A stretch of 64,000 bases of DNA from an uncultured virus (IMG/VR IMGVR_UViG_3300042343_001542) (lineage: Duplodnaviria > Heunggongvirae > Uroviricota > Caudoviricetes). Position numbers and translations under genes: made by a program. The stretch lies in IMG/VR virus record IMGVR_UViG_3300042343_001542, one strand, 5' to 3'. The stretch's first letter is position 1. Every line of letters begins with the position of its first letter. Below the pieces are notes generated by a model. The model searched no databases, was not told where the DNA came from, and saw nothing but the letters and a program-made list of their open reading frames with translations. Shown here piece by piece: positions 17,483 through 25,090 of this stretch.

Positions 17483-17707
17483 TTAAATTACAGAAGCAGT
17501 TGCTGTATTACTCGTTAACTCTTCTATTACTGGTGGATTTGGATTATCTATAAATTCTTTTCCTGTCCAAAGTTTTCCAATAAATGACAAATTGTATGAT
17601 GGAATAGAAATCATATCATCATACTGAACGTTTGCTGTCAATTCTGAGATAGCGATAACAATGTTTTCGTTCGAAATTGTTGCGTAATAAAACATAATAT
17701 TCTCCAT
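17483..17707 (-). CDS. Putative tail fibre assembly-like small protein
   Basis: YYA.I...NIV...IGK.W.G..F resembles ORF 16222. Confidence 0.5.
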   Translation of the reverse strand: MENIMFYYATISNENIVIAISELTANVQYDDMISIPSYNLSFIGKLWTGKEFIDNPNPPVIEELTSNTATASVI

Positions 17708-18072
17708 TAATAAAATTCAATAACTTGCCAAGAAAATGGAATAAACTGGGCGAAGCTATTTCCCGTATAATAAAAAATTAAATTTCCTACCGTGAATTGA
17801 GTAGAAGAGTTTACGGAGATTAAAACTGGCACACAAACAGCACCACCTGTAGAGGAAAAATAGCCGCCTGTATCGACGCGACCATACCCACCGTCAATCA
17901 AAATCATAATCTTACTTGTAGTCACAGAAGCCATAGTCACATTATATGTAGCTGCTGCGGGATTTGATACATACCCTCTTTGTATACTCTTTACCACACT
18001 TGTTAACCCCGCTGTTGTTTGTACTGTTCCATCTGGATATTGAACTCCTGTGACAATTAGTGATGTTGCCAT
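17707..18072 (-). CDS. Putative virion fibre/structural protein
   Basis: YPDGTVQTTA...VKSIQRG...WQVIEFY; late promoters upstream. Confidence 0.6.
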   Translation of the reverse strand: MATSLIVTGVQYPDGTVQTTAGLTSVVKSIQRGYVSNPAAATYNVTMASVTTSKIMILIDGGYGRVDTGGYFSSTGGAVCVPVLISVNSSTQFTVGNLIFYYTGNSFAQFIPFSWQVIEFY

Positions 18073-18106
18073 ATTTTATTTCTCTCCATATTCCAACAAA
18101 TATATC

Positions 18107-18148
18107 TATATTATCTTATATTTATATATTATCTTATATTTATATATT
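18107..18148 (-). repeat. 18-bp tandem duplication carrying two late promoters
   Basis: TATTTATA at 18119-18126 and 18137-18144. Confidence 0.75.
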
Positions 18149-18220
18149 CGCGGTGCTTTCGCAAAACAGTGGTGTTTCCCGAAGGGAAATATAGAAATGG
18201 CGAACAATAACCGAAAAATT

Positions 18221-18415
18221 TTATTCAACAAGAAACTCTAGGAGGGATATACCATTATTCGATACGCGAATCACGGAATTATCTTCGAATATGAAGTCTT
18301 CTTCTGGTAATGAAGAAACAGGTCTTCCTTTATTCTCAAGGATAATGGATACGCTCTCTCCGTATGAAAAGGGTCTCGCTGAAATTGCTTTATATATTTG
18401 CTCTGCTTTACTCAT
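18221..18415 (-). CDS. Hypothetical protein
   Basis: ORF with AGGA RBS. Confidence 0.55.
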   Translation of the reverse strand: MSKAEQIYKAISARPFSYGESVSIILENKGRPVSSLPEEDFIFEDNSVIRVSNNGISLLEFLVE

Positions 18416-18610
18416 TTTTGTCTTCTTCCTAAGGATAAATATCGCGGTCCGCGGGATGTAGCGCGGGATGCTTGGTTACTGGGTTAAATTCCAAGAATCT
18501 TCGCGGGATTCTCTAAAATGTCTGGATATTCTACGGCGATGTATGTAGAACCTACAAGAACGATCGCGGCTATCAATACGAATCTAAAATGTGTCATAAA
18601 TGATTCTCCG

Positions 18611-18847
18611 TTAATAAATGAAGATAACTTCGTCAATAGGTGTTATGTAGAGTTCTCCTTCAACCTTGGTTGCGGCATTCCAATTTAGGAATACTGTATC
18701 TTCTACATTTACTTCTGTAACATCGGGACCAATCGCTAATACTTTGCCTTTGTCTTGGTCTAGAGTTGATTTTAGGATTATGCCTGATTCTGTTTCTTTT
18801 GAACCTGGGATTCTTTCAATTAGAATATTATTTAGAGTTGGTTTCAT
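18611..18847 (-). CDS. groES: GroES/Cpn10 co-chaperonin
   Basis: KP....ILIER......TESGIIL...GKVLAIGP...V.V.D.V. Confidence 0.85.
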   Translation of the reverse strand: MKPTLNNILIERIPGSKETESGIILKSTLDQDKGKVLAIGPDVTEVNVEDTVFLNWNAATKVEGELYITPIDEVIFIY

Positions 18848-18946
18848 ATTGTATTATTTGCTTTTTTACTTATGTTAAATCAAGGGTTTAGAACCTACAT
18901 TTTTCATTTTTTGGTATACCCTGTGGGGTACATTGGGTATTTATAT

Positions 18947-19038
18947 TAAACGTTATTAGAGTTTAATTCTACTCTGTAGTCAATAGAAAGTAAACGTTAT
19001 TAGAGTTTAATTCTACTCTGTAGTCAATAGAAAGTAAA
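18947..19038 (-). repeat. Perfect 44-bp tandem duplication, each unit an early promoter (TTTACT-N17-TAGAAT)
   Basis: Units 18947-18990 and 18991-19034. Confidence 0.9.
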
Positions 19039-19168
19039 GGTTATTTTTCCATATTTATGAAATATTTCTTATTTTTTCTAGAGGGATCATCTTTAGGATT
19101 GAATTTTGGTTTTTTCTTCTTTTTAGATTCAATTGGATCGAAGTCTGAGAATTTAGATAGTTTCTTTT

Positions 19169-19594
19169 TCATGGTAGAAGGTTTGGGAATGTTTCCTTTA
19201 TTAGAGAGTACGTTAGACCTTTAGTTTTAAGATCTTTGTTGAATAGATTAATAAGTGTTTGTGCTTCAGCAGGTTCCAAAGATTCTAGAAGTTGAAGAAG
19301 GAGATTGTTTCGTTTTTCAATTGTGAGAGAATCTGCTGTTTCGTTTCCAATTTGAAATAGATATAGACGTTTCAATTCGCAAGGAAGAGTAGAGAAAGAG
19401 ATACCTGGAAGAGTATCTGGTTCTTTATATCCTTCTGGGAAAGAAGAAGGGTAGAATCTAATATCAGGGTGGAAAGCTAGAGAGAGAAATTGCTTCAGTA
19501 GAGGAGAAGCGTATTGTAGAAGAATAGATTGCTTCTCTTTCTTAGAAGGAGAATTAGAAATTTGGTTGAGGATTTCGTAAAAATTAATGTTCAT
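19169..19594 (-). CDS. Conserved T4-like phage hypothetical protein
   Basis: EIL......SKKEK..IL...QLLESL...EA..L...KDL...GLT. Confidence 0.7.
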   Translation of the reverse strand: MNINFYEILNQISNSPSKKEKQSILLQYASPLLKQFLSLAFHPDIRFYPSSFPEGYKEPDTLPGISFSTLPCELKRLYLFQIGNETADSLTIEKRNNLLLQLLESLEPAEAQTLINLFNKDLKTKGLTYSLIKETFPNLLP

Positions 19595-19719
19595 AATATG
19601 TAGTAGGAAAAAGAGGAGAGTTTGTTCTCTCCTCTAATGTTAAATGGATTTATTGCTATATAACAGGTAACTTCAAAACCTAATCTGATATCATTAAAAT
19701 TCGGTTTTTCCCATTTCAT
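19591..19719 (-). CDS. pqqA: PqqA-like PQQ precursor peptide
   Basis: MKWEKPNFNDIRLGFEVTCY matches the PqqA pattern W.KP.F.D.R.G.EV..Y with E-x-x-x-Y; AAGGA RBS; C-terminus longer than usual. Confidence 0.88.
   Translation of the reverse strand: MKWEKPNFNDIRLGFEVTCYIAINPFNIRGENKLSSFSYYIL
19608..19635 (-). terminator. Intrinsic terminator after the pqqA core
   Basis: AGAGGAGAG/CTCTCCTCT stem plus T-run on the minus strand. Confidence 0.75.
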
Positions 19720-19749
19720 AATTATATCCTTTATTGATTTTAATCTACT

Positions 19750-19774
19750 AAAAGGGAGGGAACGAATCCCCCCC
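19750..19774 (-). terminator. Terminator-like hairpin between pmoC and pqqA
   Basis: G-run-A-TTCG-TTCCCTCCC-TTTT on the minus strand. Confidence 0.7.
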
Positions 19775-19791
19775 AATATTATAAGATACCT

Positions 19792-20571
19792 TTACTTTGC
19801 TACTGCACCAGCATCAACTGCTTCTACAATATCATTGCCGATTAGACCAGCAAAAGATGAGAAGACTTGAAGCAATACACCAGCAATAGCTAAAGCAAGC
19901 CAGCCAAAGAACACAAACCCATAGTGTAAAGGGGCAACGAAAAGTTCCTCCATAAACCAGAATGTGTGACCCCATTCATTTAGACCTACATTTGGTAGAA
20001 TCATGAATGGACCTACAACAGTTACTAGGTAAGGAAGAGATAGACCTTCTGCGAAATAAGGAAGTCTAGTCTTTGCATATAGGAATGATGCAAACCCAGT
20101 GATGATGTAGATTGGGTAAGAAAGGTAGAACTCAATGATATGACTTGGAGTAAAATCAGTATCTCTAACGATAGTCTGATGCCAAGTACCATCTTGTTCA
20201 GTAAAGTAGGAAGCACCCCAATAGATTGCATTTGCATAAGCAAATAACCAAACTAGGTGTGTCATATTACGACGCAATTCTTCACGCGGAGTAATTGCAG
20301 CCATATTACGATCACGAGACTTCCAAATATAACCCCAAAGAATTGAAGCTGTGACAACTTCTAATACAATTTCTGTATATAGAAAGTTCATCCAGTAAGT
20401 TTCAAATTCTGGAGCAAAAGAATCTAGACCAGCACTCCATCCGAATACGCCTTCATACCAACGTACCCAAGCATAGAATACTGCATAAACAGCGAAAGCA
20501 AAACCAAGCCACTTTTTATTCAATAGTGGTTGTTCTGCCGATACATCTACAGTTTTACTAATAGTAGCCAT
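19792..20571 (-). CDS. pmoC: Particulate methane monooxygenase subunit C
   Basis: GLDSFAPEFETYWMN, EQDGTWHQTIVRDTDFTPSH and NEWGHTFWFMEELFVAPLHYGF signatures; full length with GAGG RBS. Confidence 0.98.
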   Translation of the reverse strand: MATISKTVDVSAEQPLLNKKWLGFAFAVYAVFYAWVRWYEGVFGWSAGLDSFAPEFETYWMNFLYTEIVLEVVTASILWGYIWKSRDRNMAAITPREELRRNMTHLVWLFAYANAIYWGASYFTEQDGTWHQTIVRDTDFTPSHIIEFYLSYPIYIITGFASFLYAKTRLPYFAEGLSLPYLVTVVGPFMILPNVGLNEWGHTFWFMEELFVAPLHYGFVFFGWLALAIAGVLLQVFSSFAGLIGNDIVEAVDAGAVAK

Positions 20572-20682
20572 ATATTTACCTCGTTATCATCTTAGTTGTA
20601 AAAATTGCGTCCATGCGGGGTATAGTTTGAATCCATTCAACCCCAATTCAGCAAAAATATAAGTCAACTTCCGAACTATTTA

Positions 20683-20919
20683 TTAAATAAATTCTATTCC
20701 TAGAAAAATTCTTTTAAAAGAAATTTGATTTAATTGATATGAATATCCAAAAGCAAAATTTATCCCAAACAACCTTTTAACCTTTTTGTATTTAACAAAA
20801 TTGCAAGGAAGAATAATATCCACAACTTTAACTGGCGTACCTTTTGGATCATTTCCACACCAACTTTCTGTATGTTTATAATAAACTCGTCCTTTCTTTA
20901 TCATATCAAAATTCTTCAA
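20683..20919 (-). CDS. Hypothetical protein
   Basis: ORF overlapping the rnh stop. Confidence 0.5.
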   Translation of the reverse strand: MKNFDMIKKGRVYYKHTESWCGNDPKGTPVKVVDIILPCNFVKYKKVKRLFGINFAFGYSYQLNQISFKRIFLGIEFI

Positions 20920-21754
20920 TACATTCCAATAAAGAAATCAATTTCTTAGAAACAAAGTATTTGTAGAGGTTTTGTTTAGTTGCGGGTTTAATCCTATCGA
21001 ACTCATTAATAATTTGTTGTCGAATATCTTCTGGAATGTAATCAAAATCAATTAACATTTGGTTACGCTTATAATTACGCAACATTTCTTCATTACAAAA
21101 CTCTTTAGGATCTTGTTCTAACCAATCATTAAGCTTCTTGGAAGAAATAGGTTTTTGTCTAGTTTTTAGAACAAACACTTCATCTTCAGACAAGAAATTG
21201 GGGATACCGTCACCAGCGTCTCCACGAATAATTTTTTCTTTTAAATCTTTAACAGGATTTTTCGATGTAACAAAAACTCCCATCATGGGGTTATATTGTT
21301 TAACATTAGGATATTTCTGTAATTGTACAAAATCTTTATCAGAAGAAATGATCAAAACTTTTTCATGCGGAGAAATTCTTGGGGTTAAAGTACCAATAAT
21401 GTCATCCGCTTCAGTAGAATCAACCTCAATAACCCTATAAGGAAAATGGTTCTTTAAATCTTCCTTCAACTCGTTAAGAACTTTAAAAATCAAATTCCAA
21501 TCAAGAGAAGATTTTTCTCTTGATTCCTTACGATGCGCTTTGTAGTGAGGATAAATTTGTTTGCGCCAATAATGTCTTGAATCTAGACATAGAACTACAT
21601 CACCGTATTCTGATTTGAATTTCTTAATATGAGAGCGTAAAGTGTTTAGTACAATATGTCTAATTAGATCTTCTTCTAATTGTTTAAACTTATTAGAAGA
21701 AATTTGGGACAAAAGTCCAGAGATAAAAACTTGATTTGTGTCTATTAAAATCAT
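20906..21754 (-). CDS. rnh: T4-type RNase H (5'-3' exonuclease)
   Basis: LID.NQ, WRK..YP.YKA.R, EADDII, SSDKDF.QL, GD.GDGIPN. Confidence 0.95.
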   Translation of the reverse strand: MILIDTNQVFISGLLSQISSNKFKQLEEDLIRHIVLNTLRSHIKKFKSEYGDVVLCLDSRHYWRKQIYPHYKAHRKESREKSSLDWNLIFKVLNELKEDLKNHFPYRVIEVDSTEADDIIGTLTPRISPHEKVLIISSDKDFVQLQKYPNVKQYNPMMGVFVTSKNPVKDLKEKIIRGDAGDGIPNFLSEDEVFVLKTRQKPISSKKLNDWLEQDPKEFCNEEMLRNYKRNQMLIDFDYIPEDIRQQIINEFDRIKPATKQNLYKYFVSKKLISLLECIEEF

Positions 21755-21780
21755 TTAAGTTCACCTACTTTTAAAAATAT

Positions 21781-21809
21781 ATTCTAACTCTACTTAGAGA
21801 AAAAGTAAA
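21781..21809 (-). promoter_or_regulatory. Early promoter TTTACT-N17-TAGAAT
   Basis: Exact match upstream of rnh. Confidence 0.7.
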
Positions 21810-21810
21810 G

Positions 21811-22926
21811 TTACGAAACAACTTTCAATAGAACGGTATCGGAATTCAACCTTCCAGTTAGTTCTGATTCTTTACTGTTAATGGTTGCCATTAATTTCCT
21901 TAGTTCTACTTTCTTACCCTTAGTAACAATAGGAAGAAAATCTAAAGGTTTCCTCAAGGTTTTACAGATTGAAGTATTAGCATCAAACCCTTCCAAAGTG
22001 GACCCTCTAACCCCAAATCCAGAATCATCCACAGAATTATAAACTCCCAACTTTTTGTACTTGACATTAAACACCCATAATTGTTTAGCACCAATAATTT
22101 GTGCAGGATCAACGGAAGCGATTTTATATTCTGTGTCTTCTTTCTTATATTGCAGTTTAGAAACCTTTTTATCTGCCGGAACTACTTTCTTTTTTCTGGT
22201 TTTCCGTACAGTTTTGGTGTTTCCTGTATAATTTTCGCAGTCAGTTATAATACCAGAAATAAAAGAAATAAAAGAATTTAATTCTTTTTTGCTCCAGTGA
22301 GAATAAGATTCTACCAACTGATCGTCGGATTTGGATACTGCCAAACTCAATTCCTCCAACAAAGGAGTATAATGGTCTTGGATTTGTTTCATATATGTTG
22401 GTTTAACCGAATTACTCACCAACCAATCGTAACATTTAAATTTAGAAGAACGAGTTTTGATAAATTCGTCCACACGACCTTCAATTTCATTAATATAAAT
22501 TGTAGCTTGTCCCCAAACTCTATCTTGGATAGACTTTTCAACCTTTACAGGTTTATTAACTGTTTGAGCAGCAATAGAGGAAATTATAACAGAATTTACG
22601 TCAAAATTTAAAATTTCAGCAAACCTTTCTTTGATCCAAACGTCTTTATCTAAATCTGCTCCTCTAGATTTCATCCTACAGACAAAACCCAAATTTTTGA
22701 ACAAATCTTCAGAAGAAGAAGACAATTTTTCCAAATCAGATTTTGCGAATTTCTCAGATTTTGCATAATCTATAGCATATTTCTTGGAGTCTTTCCAATC
22801 CTTTTGATTGGCGTACCAAGATAATGCTCTAGGGACAGAGATTTCGTTTTTATCGCCCCAAGTAGGTTCATCACCAATAAACAGGGATTCTACATTTACA
22901 CTAATTCTGGGTTTATCCTTTTTCAT
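21811..22926 (-). CDS. Conserved T4-like phage hypothetical protein
   Basis: 371 aa; IIGA..LWVFN.K..KL..Y, KTLRKP and GR.N.D..LL motifs. Confidence 0.75.
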   Translation of the reverse strand: MKKDKPRISVNVESLFIGDEPTWGDKNEISVPRALSWYANQKDWKDSKKYAIDYAKSEKFAKSDLEKLSSSSEDLFKNLGFVCRMKSRGADLDKDVWIKERFAEILNFDVNSVIISSIAAQTVNKPVKVEKSIQDRVWGQATIYINEIEGRVDEFIKTRSSKFKCYDWLVSNSVKPTYMKQIQDHYTPLLEELSLAVSKSDDQLVESYSHWSKKELNSFISFISGIITDCENYTGNTKTVRKTRKKKVVPADKKVSKLQYKKEDTEYKIASVDPAQIIGAKQLWVFNVKYKKLGVYNSVDDSGFGVRGSTLEGFDANTSICKTLRKPLDFLPIVTKGKKVELRKLMATINSKESELTGRLNSDTVLLKVVS

Positions 22927-23275
22927 TTAAAGATTTCATCACTTTTTTATAAACATCATTAACAAATCTGGTTGAAGATTTAGTTTTCTTTACAACCAAG
23001 CCAAAAAATCCACACTGAACCAAATGACTGACATAAACATATGGATCAGTTAAAACCGCAACAAAATTATCTGGATGATATATGTTTCCATATTTGTCGC
23101 TTTTATATATCATTATATGATATAAATGATGCCCAGCATTACTTATTTCGTATTTTGATTTCTTTTGATAATTAAACCCTGACATTGTCAAGTCAAAATT
23201 TTGTGTTGGAAGGAAGGTTATCCCATCTGGGTCTTCTTCAAAAATTTTCTTTATAACTTCTTTAGGTTTCATCAT
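22913..23275 (-). CDS. Hypothetical protein
   Basis: In-line ORF. Confidence 0.6.
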   Translation of the reverse strand: MMKPKEVIKKIFEEDPDGITFLPTQNFDLTMSGFNYQKKSKYEISNAGHHLYHIMIYKSDKYGNIYHPDNFVAVLTDPYVYVSHLVQCGFFGLVVKKTKSSTRFVNDVYKKVMKSLNEKG

Positions 23276-23299
23276 ATAATATTTTGCTCAAAAAGTAAA

Positions 23300-23698
23300 C
23301 TATTTTTTAATTAAGTGTGATCTTCTCACTCTTGCCATGATCCATTCATTGTAATATTCTTCTGGTTTCAAAAGAACATCGAACTCGAATTGGTATTTGG
23401 TTTCCCAGTAAGTACATTCAGATTTAGATTTACACAATTTCAATATTTCTCTTTTAAAATTGTCTTCTCCACAACCAGAAACTTCTTCTTTTAAAGTTTC
23501 TGAAGAACCGAAATAACATTTCCAATCAGATTCTGCTAGATAACCTTTTCGCTTTCCTTTAACTGTTTTGTATTTTTTAAAGTAAAATTGTTTTTTTCCA
23601 ATATATTTTTTATTATTAGAAATATTGGTTATTATATAAACAAATCCCCAGTAGTCCTGGGGATCTTCGAAAGGTTCTTTATCATACAACCAAGACAT
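23300..23698 (-). CDS. GIY-YIG endonuclease (EndoII/Seg-like, single domain)
   Basis: GFVYIITN...KYIGKK...Y.GSS...F.REIL...YN. Confidence 0.85.
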   Translation of the reverse strand: MSWLYDKEPFEDPQDYWGFVYIITNISNNKKYIGKKQFYFKKYKTVKGKRKGYLAESDWKCYFGSSETLKEEVSGCGEDNFKREILKLCKSKSECTYWETKYQFEFDVLLKPEEYYNEWIMARVRRSHLIKK

Positions 23699-23702
23699 GG
23701 GA

Positions 23703-23888
23703 TTAATCCCACATTTCTTCTTGAGAAATATAATCTTCTTCTTCCGGGATGTCTTCTTCTATCGTTTCTATTATTTCGCCACAAAAGGGGCAAAATACTT
23801 CTTCATGATCTTTTACTAAATTTTCATTAAAAGATAAAGAAAAATCCGAATCACAATTGTCGCATAGGGTTGAAATAACTTTTTTCAT
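23703..23888 (-). CDS. Small zinc-ribbon protein
   Basis: CDNC...CPFCG with acidic tail; late promoter at 23916-23923. Confidence 0.7.
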   Translation of the reverse strand: MKKVISTLCDNCDSDFSLSFNENLVKDHEEVFCPFCGEIIETIEEDIPEEEDYISQEEMWD

Positions 23889-23933
23889 ACAAATAATTCC
23901 TTTTAAAAATGAAATTATTTATATACATTTTAC

Positions 23934-24908
23934 TCAAGCCCATACGTCTTTCCAACCACCGCTTAAAGCACCCTTTGCGTAGGCAGTAGCTCTATTTTCA
24001 AAGAAATTTGTGTGCTGTGGAGCAGAAATCATTTCGTCTACCCAAGGAAGCGGGTTCTTTTTAACTTTAAAAACACCTTTCAGCCCCATAGAAATAAGTC
24101 TACGATCACAAATATATCGGATGTATTTCTTTAAATCTTCAATATTCAACCCTTCGCATTCACCCATATCATAACAAATATCAATGAAAGCGTCTTCTAA
24201 CTCTACCATTTTTTCAGCTATTGAGTATAATTCTGATTTAAGTTCGTCGTTCCAAATGTCCCGATTTTCTTCGATAAAAATACGAAATACTTTTATCATT
24301 GCTTCACAATGAAGTTGTTCGTCAAGGATAGACCAAGAAATAATCTGACCCATTCCTTTCATTTTACCCCTTCTTGGGAAATTCAAAAGCATTACAAAAG
24401 AACTGAATAATTGCATACCTTCAGTAAATGCAGAAAATAAAGCAATTTGTTGAGCAATACGTTTAGTATCTAAACCAACAAAAGATTCAATATAATCATG
24501 CTTATTTTTCATAGCATCATACTTTAAAAATTCTGTATATGTGGATTCCGGCATCCCTAGAGTTTCAATTAAATGAGAATAGGCGGCAATATGAACTGCT
24601 TCCCTAGCAGCAAAACTTAACAACATCATCCTAAGTTCTGGTTGTTGAAGAATAGGTAAATAATTTTTTACATACCCTCCAGCAACATCAATATCGGATT
24701 GAGTAAAAAACCTAAAAATATTAGTTAAAAAACTCTTTTCTTTTTCTGTTACATTATTTTGCCAGTCTTTAATGTCTTGAACTAATTCTACTTCAGTGTG
24801 AATCCAATGCATACGTTCGTGATTTAACCAATACTCATAAAATTCTGGATGAGTAAACGGTTTGAATGTTGTTCTAGTATCTGTTAATTTCAATTTCCTT
24901 TTTACCAT
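23934..24908 (-). CDS. nrdB: Ribonucleotide reductase class Ia beta subunit
   Basis: FFTQ.D, EAVH..AY, EGMQLFSSF, DE.LH, NFFE. Confidence 0.97.
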   Translation of the reverse strand: MVKRKLKLTDTRTTFKPFTHPEFYEYWLNHERMHWIHTEVELVQDIKDWQNNVTEKEKSFLTNIFRFFTQSDIDVAGGYVKNYLPILQQPELRMMLLSFAAREAVHIAAYSHLIETLGMPESTYTEFLKYDAMKNKHDYIESFVGLDTKRIAQQIALFSAFTEGMQLFSSFVMLLNFPRRGKMKGMGQIISWSILDEQLHCEAMIKVFRIFIEENRDIWNDELKSELYSIAEKMVELEDAFIDICYDMGECEGLNIEDLKKYIRYICDRRLISMGLKGVFKVKKNPLPWVDEMISAPQHTNFFENRATAYAKGALSGGWKDVWA

Positions 24909-24914
24909 ATTATT

Positions 24915-25088
24915 TTACCTTATGTTTTTAATCATATTCTTTTTAGTTATTCCTCTTTTAAAATTTTCCGAAGAATCAGTTCCACCTAAACATCTTGGTA
25001 CTATGTGATGTGTCTCAAAAACTTCTACACAAGTTCTTTCCAACTTGCCAACAAAACATAATTTGTCATATATTTTTAAATAATTCAT
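24915..25088 (-). pseudogene. Truncated HNH homing endonuclease between nrdA and nrdB
   Basis: MNYLKIYD...ETHHIVPRCLGGTD..EN, then lacks the L.AREH...H half; 57 aa. Confidence 0.8.
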
Positions 25089-25090
25089 TT

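Noticed and set aside
18947..19038. Possible CRISPR array
   Set aside because: The two 44-bp units are directly adjacent with no spacers, no cas genes are present, and a promoter duplication explains them.
19720..19776. Track start (TTG at 19776) for the pqqA ORF
   Set aside because: The extension runs through the pmoC terminator hairpin; ATG 19719 has an RBS and gives the canonical PqqA N-terminus.
19169..21754. Host pmoCAB or pqqABCDE operon, or host contamination
   Set aside because: No pmoA, pmoB or pqqB-E is present; both flanks are T4-like phage genes with matching AT-rich composition.
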